Part shown: positions 1 to 10,186 of the stretch, piece by piece | Layout of the letters: every line of letters begins with the position of its first letter | How positions within the stretch are numbered: position 1 is the stretch's first letter | Assembly (NCBI GenBank): GCA_964587425.1 | Contig: CAZPLB010000002.1 | Coordinates: 31,285 to 95,284, forward strand | DNA: 64,000 nucleotides | DNA from: an uncultured Gammaproteobacteria bacterium | GTDB lineage: Bacteria; Patescibacteriota; Microgenomatia; UBA8517 | Direction: 5' to 3' | Position numbers and translations under genes: made by a program | Notes under the pieces: generated by a model | The model's input: the letters and a program-made list of their open reading frames with translations, nothing else | Databases searched by the model: none | What the model was told of the DNA's origin: nothing

Positions 1-36
1 CCATAGTGTGTATTTTAACAGACTGGCTTCAGTATC

Positions 37-3000
37 TCAAATCTTTGCCTCCTCCAAAATTTGTGCAATGGTGTGGGACAGTTCCTCACTCCATGAAATC
101 CCTTGTGGGAAAGTAACCTTTTCATCCTTCCCTTCAAAAAGGAGAGTCACTTTCTGTGTACCAGGATTCTCCAAAAATACCTTCTTAATTTCTTTTAATT
201 TATCAATGTCAGTATTCTTTGGTATTCTCACAAAAAATAGTGCATCTTTCTGTGAGGCATTTTCCTTGGTGAAAACATTCTCTACAATTAAATTAACCTC
301 CTCATCTCGAACATCCACTCTTCCGGATACTAGGATTGGTTTTGCCTCACTCCAAATCTCAAGTGTATCTTTGTAAATTTTGGGGAAAACCACGAGATTC
401 AGCGTTCCAGTCCCATCCTCCATTTTTACAAAAGCCATAGAGGCTCCGCTTTTCTTGGTTACAACGTTTCTAACTTCACTCACTAGCCCTGCAATCTTCA
501 CAGTGTCTTTGTATTCATTTTCTGTATTCAATTCATCAATCTTATGTGTTGCAAAATTAAGTAGGTTGCCAAGAGTTTCAGACATTGGTTTTGCCGAAAG
601 TGAAAGCCCAAGTAATTGTCTCTCAAGGTTTTCAATTTCACCCTCAGTAAATTCATCCATATCAATAATGAAAGTCTGTGAACTCTCGGTTAATTTTTCA
701 GAAAGTTCGCCAAATAAATCCTGTTGAGATGTAGCTTTCTTTGGTTTTACTCTTTCACGAATTTCATCAATAGAAGCCAAAATCGCAGCTCTTTTACCAA
801 ATGCCGAGAAAGCTCCAACTTTAATAAGGCTCTCCAATACCCTTTTATTAATTCTCCTGGCATCAGTTCTCGAAAGGAAATCAACCAGAGTCAAAAATCT
901 TCCCTCATTTCGAACAGTTAGTATTGCATCAATTGCAGCCTCTCCAACATTTTTAATAGCAGATAGTCCAAATCGAATTGCTTCGCCATTCAAAGATTTC
1001 TCATCCTTCACTATGGTAAAACCAACAACACTTTCATTAATATCAGGAGGTAAGACATTTATTCCCATTCTTCTGCATTCGCTAATTGCGGCCGAAATTT
1101 TGTCTGTGTCCCCACTTTCACAGGTCAAAAGTGCACACATATAGGGGACTGGGTAGTTGGCCTTCATATATGCAGTTTGGTATGAAACCATACCATATGA
1201 AGCTGCATGAGCCTTGTTAAATCCATATGCCTGAAATGGTTCAAATAATTTCCAAAGGGTATCTGCAAAATCCTGCGTCTGTCCATGAGCTACAATTCCA
1301 GTTGTGAATTTTTCCTTCTGTGCAGCCATCTCTTCAGGAATTTTCTTACCCACTGCTTTTCTGAATTTATCTGCTTCCTCCCAGGTATATCCTGCCAAAT
1401 CCAGTGCACAAAAAAGAAGATCATCCTGGTAAACAATAAGTCCATATGAAGCACCAAGAAACTTTTCCATTCTGGGATCTATATATTTAACCAAACTAGA
1501 ATCGTTTTTTCTTTTTATGTATTCAGGGATAACTGCAATTGGCCCAGGGCGGTATAAGGCTACCATTGCCATTAAGTCTTCAACCTTGTCAGGTTTCAAC
1601 TCTTTGATATACCTTGTCATCCCGGAGCTAGAGAGCTGGAACACTCCCATGGTTTCCCCACGAGAGAGCATCTCAAATGTTTTTTTGTTGTCGAGTGGAA
1701 TTTCATGTAAATCAACGGTCTTACCAGTTCTCTCCTTCACTATTTCAATGGCAAGCCCTAAAATTGATAAATTTCGAATTCCAAGAATATCAAATTTAAT
1801 TAGTCCAACATCTTCGCATGCATGCATTTCATATTGAGTAATAACTTTCTCTCCAGATGGTTCTTTTTGAATTGGACTAAAATCTGTCATTTCGGTTGGT
1901 GCAACAACAACACCAGCGGCATGCACCGAAATGTGCCGTGCAGAGCCTTCAACATGACGGGCTAAATCCAAGATTTTCTTGCTGTCTGGATCTGTGTCGT
2001 AAAGTTCCTGAAGTTGCGGCGTGATCGCAAGTGCCTTTTCAATAGTAATTGGAAATCCTTGTTTTGGTGGAGGGATAAGTTTTGATATCCTATCTCCAAC
2101 TGCATATTCATATCCCAATACTCTTGCAACATCCCTTACTGACCCTCTCGCAAGCATTCTTCCAAATGTACATACCTGGGCAACCTTCTCTTTCCCATAT
2201 GTGTCAGTGATATATCCGATAATTTTATCCCTTTTATCATCAGCCACATCAAAATCAATATCAGGGGGGGATGGTCTATATGGATTTAGAAATCTCTCAA
2301 ACGGTAAATAATATTTAATCGGATCAACCGTGGTAATTCCCAAAACATATGAAACCAAACTCCCAGCTGCTGACCCTCTCGTATTTGTAATAATCCCCTG
2401 TTTCTTTGTCCAACTAGCCAAATCCATATCAATTAAAAAATATGGGGCATAGCCCTTGGCATTAATAATCCCTAGTTCATGATCTAACCTGTCAGTTAAT
2501 TCTTTAGATGGCTTTGGGAACTTTACTCGAAGTTTTTCATTGGCGAGTCGAACAAGGTATTCATCAGCCTTCTCATCATTAGGAAGAGGAAACTTAGGAA
2601 AGAACCATTTACCCAAGGTTGTTATTTCCAAATTGCACTTTTCTCCAATTGCTACAGTATTTTTAATAGCATCGGGAAAGTCTGGAAAAAGACCAATCAT
2701 CTCCTCAGGACTTCTGGCATAATAAGTAGGGGTATCAACCATTCTTATTCTCTTGGTTTCCCTAACTTGTTTCCCAGTTGCAACACACACAAGAGCATCT
2801 TGTGCACTTGCATCCTCCTTATTTATATAGTGTGCATCGTTTGTGGCAACTAGTGGAATTCCAAGTTCTCGAGAAAGCTTCACTATCTCAGTATTTACCA
2901 AAGTCTCAATTTCAGCTTGACGAGCTAACTCTGCCTTCATCTCGAGAGGCGCATTCTCAAGGTGCTTTGCATATTCATGCCTTTGAATTTCAAGATAGTA

Positions 3001-3510
3001 ATCTTTACCAAAAACTTGATTGAACCATTGAGCTGTTTTTTTTGCAGTTCCCAAGTCTCCATCAATTATGGCTCTTGCCACCTCTCCATTAACACAAGCC
3101 GAAGTGCAAATTAGCCCCTTGGAATATTTTTCAAGAATTTCTCTTTGAAATCTTGGTCTAAAATAATAACCCTCCAAGTGAGCAATGGAGGTTAGCTTCA
3201 TCAGATTTTTATACCCTTCTTCATCCTTAGCAAGAAGAAGTAGATGGTTGTAGTTGTATCTTTCTTTCTCAGGTTTCTCTTTGTGATCGTATAAAACTGT
3301 GTAGGCTTCAACTCCAATGATTGGCTTCACATTTTCTTTTTTTGCTCCTTTATAGAATTCAACAGCACCATACATTGTTCCATGATCTGTAATAGCTACA
3401 GTATCCATCTCCATTTCTTTGACTCGGTTCATCAACTTTGAAACCTTAGAAAGTCCATCAAGAAGTGAGTATTCTGTGTGTAAATGAAGGTGAACAAATT
3501 TTCCAGCCAT
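37..3510 (-). CDS. dnaE: DNA polymerase III alpha subunit (PHP domain N-terminus, 1157 aa)
   Basis: N-terminal PHP motif HLHLHTEYSLLDG..ITDHG, length and overall DnaE-like layout; ATG verified at 3510. Confidence 0.9.
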   Translation of the reverse strand: MAGKFVHLHLHTEYSLLDGLSKVSKLMNRVKEMEMDTVAITDHGTMYGAVEFYKGAKKENVKPIIGVEAYTVLYDHKEKPEKERYNYNHLLLLAKDEEGYKNLMKLTSIAHLEGYYFRPRFQREILEKYSKGLICTSACVNGEVARAIIDGDLGTAKKTAQWFNQVFGKDYYLEIQRHEYAKHLENAPLEMKAELARQAEIETLVNTEIVKLSRELGIPLVATNDAHYINKEDASAQDALVCVATGKQVRETKRIRMVDTPTYYARSPEEMIGLFPDFPDAIKNTVAIGEKCNLEITTLGKWFFPKFPLPNDEKADEYLVRLANEKLRVKFPKPSKELTDRLDHELGIINAKGYAPYFLIDMDLASWTKKQGIITNTRGSAAGSLVSYVLGITTVDPIKYYLPFERFLNPYRPSPPDIDFDVADDKRDKIIGYITDTYGKEKVAQVCTFGRMLARGSVRDVARVLGYEYAVGDRISKLIPPPKQGFPITIEKALAITPQLQELYDTDPDSKKILDLARHVEGSARHISVHAAGVVVAPTEMTDFSPIQKEPSGEKVITQYEMHACEDVGLIKFDILGIRNLSILGLAIEIVKERTGKTVDLHEIPLDNKKTFEMLSRGETMGVFQLSSSGMTRYIKELKPDKVEDLMAMVALYRPGPIAVIPEYIKRKNDSSLVKYIDPRMEKFLGASYGLIVYQDDLLFCALDLAGYTWEEADKFRKAVGKKIPEEMAAQKEKFTTGIVAHGQTQDFADTLWKLFEPFQAYGFNKAHAASYGMVSYQTAYMKANYPVPYMCALLTCESGDTDKISAAISECRRMGINVLPPDINESVVGFTIVKDEKSLNGEAIRFGLSAIKNVGEAAIDAILTVRNEGRFLTLVDFLSRTDARRINKRVLESLIKVGAFSAFGKRAAILASIDEIRERVKPKKATSQQDLFGELSEKLTESSQTFIIDMDEFTEGEIENLERQLLGLSLSAKPMSETLGNLLNFATHKIDELNTENEYKDTVKIAGLVSEVRNVVTKKSGASMAFVKMEDGTGTLNLVVFPKIYKDTLEIWSEAKPILVSGRVDVRDEEVNLIVENVFTKENASQKDALFFVRIPKNTDIDKLKEIKKVFLENPGTQKVTLLFEGKDEKVTFPQGISWSEELSHTIAQILEEAKI

Positions 3511-3787
3511 GCCTTAGTATAATACACTTTCATTATCTTGAAATCCCAATAAACATGCATTACAGTAAATCATGCTATCTCCACAAGATTTAACATCGAT
3601 AAGAAAAATTTTCGACATAGAGTTGGAGAAAAAAATACCTGGTCTTGTCGAACCAATAATCACAAAAGCTCTTCTTCCTATTAAGAAAGATATTCGAAAA
3701 ATTCAAAAAGATTTGGCTAGAACTTCCGATTTTCTCGACAGAGAGATATTGACCGACAGGAAAAGAACTAAGAAACTAGAAGAACAA

Positions 3788-5086
3788 TCAACCCTCCATC
3801 AGACTTTTTAATAAAAATTGGTTAATTATTTTTGTATCTCCCTGCCCTTTTAATTCCTTTTGTACTTGTCCAATTAAAAATCCAATAACTTCACCTTTAC
3901 CTTCTCTGTAATCTTTCACCGCCTTTGGATTATCTTTCACTACTTTCTCAACAGCCTTCTTTGTATCATCTGTACTCGCAAAACTTTTTTGTGTAAGTTG
4001 ATAAATCTTTTTGATGAGTGCTGCAGGGTCATCAATATCTTTGTCCAAGTTCTGGTTCACCATAAGTCCTGCAATTATTTTTGCTGATATGTTTTCTTTT
4101 TTACCAAGTTCGACAGCTTCTTCAAAATATTCTGCCCTTTCTTTACTATCTATCAAAACATCAATATAGTTTGAAGGGAGATCAAGTTTCATATATTTTT
4201 CCCGCTTCTCACTTGGTAGTTCTGGAATCGAACCCTTTAATTTATTTATATCTTCATCCTTTAATTTCATTGGTGGAATGTCAGGCTCTGGAAAATATCT
4301 GTAGTCATTTGCCTCTTCCTTACTTCGCTGCAAGAGTGTTTTCCCACTCTTTTCGTCATATCCTCTTGTTTCTTGTCCTACTTTTTGGCTCTTTGATAAA
4401 ATTTCACTTTGCCTTTCGAATTCATATTGAAGTGCCTTCCTCAAAAATCTAAAGGAATTAATATTTTTAAGTTCTACTTTATACTTGGGAAATTCTCCTG
4501 TATCAGTTAGCGACACGTTTGCCTCGAGCCGCATTGAACCTTTCTCCATATCAGCTGTTGATATTCCAAGGTATCTCACAATCCTTTGTATCTCTTGGAG
4601 AAAATTAATTACTTCATCAACGTCTGAGAAATCAGGTTCAGTAACAAGCTCCATCAAAGGAACTCCGCTACGATTGAAATCAATTAATGATTTGCCCTCA
4701 GTATGTTGAAGTTTCCCAGTATCCTCTTCAATGTGAACTCTTCTGATTCGCACCTTTTCTTTTTCAAGGGTTAAATTCCCTTCAATGCAAAGAGGCAAAT
4801 CATACTGTGATATTTGATAGCCCTTTGGAAGATCTGGGTAAAAATAATGTTTGCGGTCAAATTTTGAAAATTTGTTTATTTTAGCCCCAAGTGCCAATCC
4901 AAATTTAACTGTTGAATTAATAGCTTCTTCGTTGGTAAATGGAAGTGCTCCAGGAAGTCCCAAACAAACTGGGCAAACCTGGGTATTAGCTTGTTTTCCA
5001 AAATGGTCTGCAGAACATCTGCAAAACATTTTGGATTTAGTTGAGAGCTCAATGTGCACTTCAAGTCCAATTACAAATTTATACAT
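3788..5086 (-). CDS. gatB: Asp/Glu-tRNA amidotransferase subunit B
   Basis: N-terminus VIGLEVHIEL..CRCS..VCPVCLGLPG is the canonical GatB signature; last gene of gatC-gatA-(MFS)-gatB string. Confidence 0.85.
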   Translation of the reverse strand: MYKFVIGLEVHIELSTKSKMFCRCSADHFGKQANTQVCPVCLGLPGALPFTNEEAINSTVKFGLALGAKINKFSKFDRKHYFYPDLPKGYQISQYDLPLCIEGNLTLEKEKVRIRRVHIEEDTGKLQHTEGKSLIDFNRSGVPLMELVTEPDFSDVDEVINFLQEIQRIVRYLGISTADMEKGSMRLEANVSLTDTGEFPKYKVELKNINSFRFLRKALQYEFERQSEILSKSQKVGQETRGYDEKSGKTLLQRSKEEANDYRYFPEPDIPPMKLKDEDINKLKGSIPELPSEKREKYMKLDLPSNYIDVLIDSKERAEYFEEAVELGKKENISAKIIAGLMVNQNLDKDIDDPAALIKKIYQLTQKSFASTDDTKKAVEKVVKDNPKAVKDYREGKGEVIGFLIGQVQKELKGQGDTKIINQFLLKSLMEG

Positions 5087-5088
5087 AC

Positions 5089-6342
5089 TTAAGATAATTT
5101 GAAATTTTTCCTATGAATCAAGGCAAAAACTCCAAAACACATGAGAGCTAAAATTATAAGTAAGAATTGAACACCCAAAATTTCAGATATTGTAGCTGAG
5201 AAAAGAACTGGCAGCATTGTTGCAAGTGTTGTAAGAAACCAGAAATTCCCAAAAACTCTCCCCAAAAATTCCTTTGGTGTATTTTCCTGTAGATATGTAA
5301 CTGATGGAACCAAAATAGAGACAACAAGAAAACCAACTATGCCAAAAAGGATTACTCCAACAAATGTTCTGACAGAAATTACTTCAATTAATGGAAGTCC
5401 TAAAGTAACAAGTAATATATCAACACCTAAAAAGGCTATCGCCCCAAAAACAAATCTATTTTTCAACATAAACCTGGCATATTTTTTAGAAAGAATTGAG
5501 GTTCCAATTACAGCCCCAATTCCAGCAGGCATAACAATAAACAGTCCAGAACTCCCTGCCTTTATGGAAAGAATGCTTGTGGCAATTCCTGGGAGGTTAG
5601 TAACTATAACGGCTAATATGACCTGAAGCCACAACAGCAAAAGAAATGGCAGAAGAATGGTTTTGCTGTCCCTAATGAATCTATATCCTTCCAATATTTC
5701 AGTGAAGAAATGATTCACTTTGTCCTCAAACTCACCTTTCAAATTAAATCTCATCTTTGGTCTGTCATTTGGTAAGGTAAAAGTTGAAAGGTAGGCAGAA
5801 AAAAGCATGAAAGCAGCAAGAACTGTAGTTGCCCTAAATCCTAAAATTTCAGTAAATATTCCACCAAGTCCAAACCCAACAACCAAGGCAGACTGCTGGG
5901 TAATGAAAAATATTCCATTTGCCTGAGGAAGCTTCTCTTTTGGAACAAGTAGGGGCAATGCCGATGCTTCAGCTGGAACATAGAACTGATTAAGAAATGA
6001 ATAAATGAAAACTATTGCAAACGGCAAAAATACTAAATGCCTGTAAAGAAGGAGTGCATAAATTGCGATAGTAACTGCCTGAAGAATATTTGCATACATC
6101 ATTACATTGCGCTTCCCCAAAAAGTCCACTGCAGCAGCAGCTATTGGGCCAACAATGATTGCAGGCAAGGCATATGAAATCCAAATAAATGAAGTAGCAA
6201 TACTTGAATTAGTCTGCTCAAAAACCATGATGAGGATTAAAAAGCTCATCACATTAACAGTTAGCTGCGACAAAACTTGAGATACAAGTATTGCAACAAA
6301 GTTCCTGTTACTAAAAACACTATTTCTTAAAATTTTATTCAT
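5089..6342 (-). CDS. MFS-type transporter (about 12 TM segments), embedded in gatCAB operon
   Basis: Highly hydrophobic multi-helix protein. Start moved to the ATG at 6342 because the track start is a GTG; this start overlaps the gatA stop in ATGAATAA (translational coupling). Confidence 0.65.
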   Translation of the reverse strand: MNKILRNSVFSNRNFVAILVSQVLSQLTVNVMSFLILIMVFEQTNSSIATSFIWISYALPAIIVGPIAAAAVDFLGKRNVMMYANILQAVTIAIYALLLYRHLVFLPFAIVFIYSFLNQFYVPAEASALPLLVPKEKLPQANGIFFITQQSALVVGFGLGGIFTEILGFRATTVLAAFMLFSAYLSTFTLPNDRPKMRFNLKGEFEDKVNHFFTEILEGYRFIRDSKTILLPFLLLLWLQVILAVIVTNLPGIATSILSIKAGSSGLFIVMPAGIGAVIGTSILSKKYARFMLKNRFVFGAIAFLGVDILLVTLGLPLIEVISVRTFVGVILFGIVGFLVVSILVPSVTYLQENTPKEFLGRVFGNFWFLTTLATMLPVLFSATISEILGVQFLLIILALMCFGVFALIHRKNFKLS

Positions 6343-7711
6343 GCTGAAACATTTTACCCAATTGAAAGAGAGTTTCTTCACTATTTCTTGCTCCCATCAA
6401 TTGAAAGCCTAACGGTAATCCTTTTTTTGTTACACCATTTGGTATTGCCAAACTTGGAATTCCAGAAAGATTAGCAGTTGCCGCATATATATCAGTCAAA
6501 TACATTTTCAAAGGATCATCTACTTTCTCACCCAATTTAAATGGAGGTGTCGGTGCAACAGGCGCCAAGATAGCATCAACATTCTCAAAAACTTTATCTA
6601 CTTCCTCTTTAATAATTGTTCTAACTTTCATTGCTCTCAAATAGTATTTATCATGATACCCCGCCGAAAGGACATATGTTCCAAGCATAATGCGCCGCTT
6701 TGCTTCATCCCCAAATGCATCTCGCGCCTTTCCAAAACGCACTCCATCATAGCGACCAAGATTTGACGAAACCTCAGCAGGTTGAATTATGTAGTAAGCA
6801 GAAACAGCGTATTTGGTATGAGAAAGGTTTACCTCAACAAACTTCACCCCAAGTTTCTCAAATCTTTTTTTAGCATCCATAACTGCTTCTTCAACTTCTT
6901 TGTCCAAACCTTCTCCAAAAAATTCCTTTGGTATTCCAATTTTGAAATTAGTTTTAACTTTACTACTATCACCTATATTTTTGACTGTGCTGTCGTGTCC
7001 ATCTTCACCTTTCATGACATTAAAAACTGTTTCAATGTCTTCAACATTTTTTGTTATAGCTCCAACTGAATCAAGTGAACTTGCCATAGCAATTACGCCG
7101 TATCTTGAGACTCTTCCATAGGTTGGCTTGAGTCCAACTACACCGCAGTAAGAGGCAGGGAGACGTGTTGATCCGCAGGTATCAGTAGCAGTTGCAATCA
7201 AAGAGAAGTCAGAGGCAACAGAGGCTCCAGAACCAGATGATGAACCGCCAGGAACATGTTCACTATTAATTGGATTCAGTGTCAGACCAAAGTCTGAATT
7301 CTCGCCAGAACTTCCATGCGCCCATGCATCACAGTTTGCCTTGCCAATCATAATACCTCCCGCCTCCTCAATTTTTTTGACTACAGTAGCACTATATGCC
7401 GGAACATAATCTTCAAGGAGTTTTGCACCAGCTGTAGTTCGAACACCTTTTGTTGAAATAATATCTTTATGAATTACAGTTACTCCCAACAGTGGATATT
7501 CTTCAAATGCTTTATCACCTAGTTGAGAAATTAAAGAATCGCACTTTTTGGCTTGTTCAAATGCCAAATCCTCAGAAATGGTTAAAACAGCATTCAATTT
7601 TTTGTTTTTGCTTTTTATGTTCCCCAAATATGAATTAACCAAGTCCACTGCTGTAAATTCTTTTTTCAAAAGCCCGTCCTGTGTTTCTTTAATTGATTTA
7701 GGTAAGTTCAT
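6335..7711 (-). CDS. gatA: Glutamyl-tRNA(Gln) amidotransferase subunit A (amidase signature family)
   Basis: Amidase signature GGSSSGSGASVA plus Ser-cisSer-Lys context; position between gatC and gatB. Confidence 0.85.
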   Translation of the reverse strand: MNLPKSIKETQDGLLKKEFTAVDLVNSYLGNIKSKNKKLNAVLTISEDLAFEQAKKCDSLISQLGDKAFEEYPLLGVTVIHKDIISTKGVRTTAGAKLLEDYVPAYSATVVKKIEEAGGIMIGKANCDAWAHGSSGENSDFGLTLNPINSEHVPGGSSSGSGASVASDFSLIATATDTCGSTRLPASYCGVVGLKPTYGRVSRYGVIAMASSLDSVGAITKNVEDIETVFNVMKGEDGHDSTVKNIGDSSKVKTNFKIGIPKEFFGEGLDKEVEEAVMDAKKRFEKLGVKFVEVNLSHTKYAVSAYYIIQPAEVSSNLGRYDGVRFGKARDAFGDEAKRRIMLGTYVLSAGYHDKYYLRAMKVRTIIKEEVDKVFENVDAILAPVAPTPPFKLGEKVDDPLKMYLTDIYAATANLSGIPSLAIPNGVTKKGLPLGFQLMGARNSEETLFQLGKMFQHE

Positions 7712-8013
7712 ATGTTTTTATCTAGTATTGCCTTCACACTAAAGTATCCATTCTGAGTATTCTCTGTCCCAGAAAGCGCTTCATCTTGTGTCAAACATTT
7801 TGTTGGATCAGTTGTATCCTCCCTCAAGACATTGGTTAACCCAGTAACTTGTGCAGTTGGTTCAACGCCTTTAACATCAACTGCCTCAAGTTCATCCATG
7901 TAACTTAGGACCGAAGTGAGTTGTTTTGTGAATTTATCAGTTTCTTCTTTCGTCAATTGAAGTTTGGCTAACTGTGCAACACGCTTAGTATCATCATTAC
8001 TCAATTTCCCCAT
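7708..8013 (-). CDS. gatC: Asp/Glu-tRNA amidotransferase subunit C
   Basis: About 100 aa, ...TKRVAQLAKLQLTKEE...ELEAVDVKGVEPT pattern typical of GatC; start moved to the ATG at 8013 (track start is TTG). Confidence 0.7.
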   Translation of the reverse strand: MGKLSNDDTKRVAQLAKLQLTKEETDKFTKQLTSVLSYMDELEAVDVKGVEPTAQVTGLTNVLREDTTDPTKCLTQDEALSGTENTQNGYFSVKAILDKNI

Positions 8014-8052
8014 GCCATATGATATCAACTTCAAGCCATCTTTTGTAGAGCT

Positions 8053-8202
8053 TCATCCTAAAAGAAGATCTAATGCCTCCTGAAGATTATCCAAGGCTTC
8101 TTTTCTAGTTTTGCCTTGACTAGCAAGCTCCAAACCAATAGTCTTGGCAACAAACAACTTACCTTCTTTCCAAACAACTGCATCAACTTTCTTTCTTGAC
8201 AT
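8053..8202 (-). CDS. Small HicB-like/UPF0150 (antitoxin-fold) domain protein, 49 aa, no partner toxin seen
   Basis: VVWKEGKLFVAKTIGLELASQGKTRKEALDNLQEALDLLL matches the HicB N-domain pattern (..GCFSQGDTLEEAL.N..EA..L.L); the upstream part of the track ORF overlaps htpX and was discarded. Confidence 0.35.
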   Translation of the reverse strand: MSRKKVDAVVWKEGKLFVAKTIGLELASQGKTRKEALDNLQEALDLLLG

Positions 8203-8209
8203 ATAAGAA

Positions 8210-9145
8210 TTATACCATTTTCTGCAAGGCCTTAACCCTTTCAGCAATTGGAGGGTGAGTATTAAAAAGATTTGCAAACCAGGCTTTCGACCCATGTCCC
8301 TCTCCTTTGAAAGGATTAACAATGTAAAGATGAGCTGTTGCTTTGTTAGCCACTTCCAATGGCTCACGATCTCGAGATATCTTCTCAAGAGCTGAAATTA
8401 AACCGCTTGGCTGACGGGTCAAACTAACGCTTCCCACATCTGCCAAGAATTCCCTACGCCTGGAAATTGCAAGTTGAATAAGAGTTGCAATAATTGGTGA
8501 AAGAAGTGCAAATATAAATCCAACAACTACCAAGAGTGCTCCAATCTGTCCTCCTTCATTATCCCTGCTTCTCCTGCCTGATCCAAAAAAACTCATTCTC
8601 AAAAACCAGTCTCCAAGAAGTGCAACAAGTCCAACTAAAACTGCAACGATTGAAAGAAGTCTAGTGTCATAATTTCGAATATGCGACATTTCGTGAGCAA
8701 TGACTCCTTCTAGTTCTGTTCTATTTAAATTATCAAGAAGTCCTCGAGTTGCACAAATTACAGCGTGCTTTGGGTCTCGTCCTGTTGCAAAAGCATTTGG
8801 AGCAGTGTCATCAATTACATATAACTTTGGTTTTGGAACCCCTGCTGCAATACTTAAGTTCTCAGCAACTGTATAGAATTGGAAATCTTTCTTGCGGTCA
8901 GCTTCCCTTGCTCCAGAAATTCCAAGAATAATTTTGTCGCTCGTATAATATCCAACAAAACTCATCGCGCCGGATATTACAAAAGCTATACCAATAAACC
9001 CAAGTCCGCCTGGTTCATATCCAAAGTAGTAAGACATTCCGTTTGCAATTGCCCAGATAGCAATTCCCACAAAAACAACAAATGCAATCATAACGATTGT
9101 ACTTTTTCTTTTGTTTACTGCAATAGCCTCATAAATATTCTGCAT
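8210..9145 (-). CDS. htpX: Zinc metalloprotease HtpX (M48 family)
   Basis: HEMSHIRNYD zinc-binding motif, TM segments, conserved pairing with adjacent lemA. Confidence 0.85.
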   Translation of the reverse strand: MQNIYEAIAVNKRKSTIVMIAFVVFVGIAIWAIANGMSYYFGYEPGGLGFIGIAFVISGAMSFVGYYTSDKIILGISGAREADRKKDFQFYTVAENLSIAAGVPKPKLYVIDDTAPNAFATGRDPKHAVICATRGLLDNLNRTELEGVIAHEMSHIRNYDTRLLSIVAVLVGLVALLGDWFLRMSFFGSGRRSRDNEGGQIGALLVVVGFIFALLSPIIATLIQLAISRRREFLADVGSVSLTRQPSGLISALEKISRDREPLEVANKATAHLYIVNPFKGEGHGSKAWFANLFNTHPPIAERVKALQKMV

Positions 9146-9150
9146 ATGGG

Positions 9151-9732
9151 CTATATATTAACCTTCGGGGTCTTCATTTCTTCAGTTGACACTTCCATAT
9201 GTTCTCCGTTTTGTGGAGTATTTAGTCCTGAAAGTTCTTCAAAATGAAATACGTTTGCAACAATGTTTGATGGAAAGCTCACTAGCTTCACATTATAGTC
9301 TGCTGTCAAATCAATCATTAATCGTCTTGCATACATTATTTTGTCAGCAGTATCGCGTAGCTCATCCATTAAGTTTGTAACAACTTCATTTCCTTTCAAA
9401 TCAGGGTTGCTCTCAACTGCAATCTGCAATTTTGGTAGTACCGCTGATAGTTTTGTACCAGCATCAGCCATTTTTTGAACGTTTCCGCTCTCAACAGCTC
9501 CAGCTACTGCTTTTCTGGCATCAGTTAACATTTCAAAAATACCTTTTTCGTGTTTCAAATAGCCTTTGACGCTCGCTTCCAAATTAGGAATCAAATCAGC
9601 CTGTCGTTTCAACTGATTTCCAATTTCCTGTATTGAAGCCTTTACTCTCGCCTTACTTGAAACAAAAAAATTATACGTACCAAGAACCCAAAGAACTATT
9701 ACAGCAAGTGGTATTATTAAAATCCAAATCAT
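9151..9732 (-). CDS. lemA: LemA family protein
   Basis: N-terminal TM plus LemA-like helical repeats (..VKASIQEIGNQLKRQADLIPNL..); start moved to the ATG at 9732 (track start GTG). Confidence 0.75.
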   Translation of the reverse strand: MIWILIIPLAVIVLWVLGTYNFFVSSKARVKASIQEIGNQLKRQADLIPNLEASVKGYLKHEKGIFEMLTDARKAVAGAVESGNVQKMADAGTKLSAVLPKLQIAVESNPDLKGNEVVTNLMDELRDTADKIMYARRLMIDLTADYNVKLVSFPSNIVANVFHFEELSGLNTPQNGEHMEVSTEEMKTPKVNI

Positions 9733-9778
9733 ATTTATAATCACCCTCTTTCTATCTATCTTAGATTATACATCAACT

Positions 9779-10186
9779 TCAAGAATGAAATTCCGACGCA
9801 GGGACACCAAAAACCCAGGCCAATACAGTAAAAATTATCAACCCAATCAAAAATGTAATAACTGCCGCAATCATACACGCTACTAAACCATTCAAAACAG
9901 AAAGAACCAGGCGCTTCTTAGATTTGTGAGGCAGGTTTTTATAGGTTAAGAACACAACAACAAAAAAATCATAAAAAGGTATCAAGAAAATAGAATACAA
10001 TATCGAATAGTATACAAATTCAATATTATCAACAACAGAATAAGTCTTAACTAAAGTTGAATAGTAATCGTAACCAACAGACTTTGCACCCTCTCCCCAC
10101 AGAATTTGAAAAAGAACAATTCGCAATATAAGTCCAGGTAATAAGAAGAATTTTACATATCTCCCTAAAATTTTATCTTGATTCAT
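9779..10186 (-). CDS. Small integral membrane protein, unknown function
   Basis: ORF with 3-4 predicted TM helices, ATG start verified. Confidence 0.4.
   Translation of the reverse strand: MNQDKILGRYVKFFLLPGLILRIVLFQILWGEGAKSVGYDYYSTLVKTYSVVDNIEFVYYSILYSIFLIPFYDFFVVVFLTYKNLPHKSKKRLVLSVLNGLVACMIAAVITFLIGLIIFTVLAWVFGVPASEFHS

Noticed and set aside
8-3023. Multiple 60-185 aa plus-strand ORFs (8..376, 380..727, 1517..1837, 2021..2311, 2778..3023 and others) antisense to dnaE
   Set aside because: They lie entirely within the 1157-aa dnaE coding region on the opposite strand. They have low-complexity, Ser/Phe-rich composition typical of antisense frames of AT-rich genes and show no motif.
3572-3811. 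79-aa plus-strand ORF between dnaE and gatB
   Set aside because: It lies in the dnaE promoter / gatB terminator region and overlaps the gatB 3' end. It has highly charged low-complexity sequence and no support beyond being open.
8203-8388. Upstream 62 codons of track ORF 8053..8388
   Set aside because: These overlap the htpX C-terminal coding region in another frame. Only the downstream HicB-like 49-aa part is kept.
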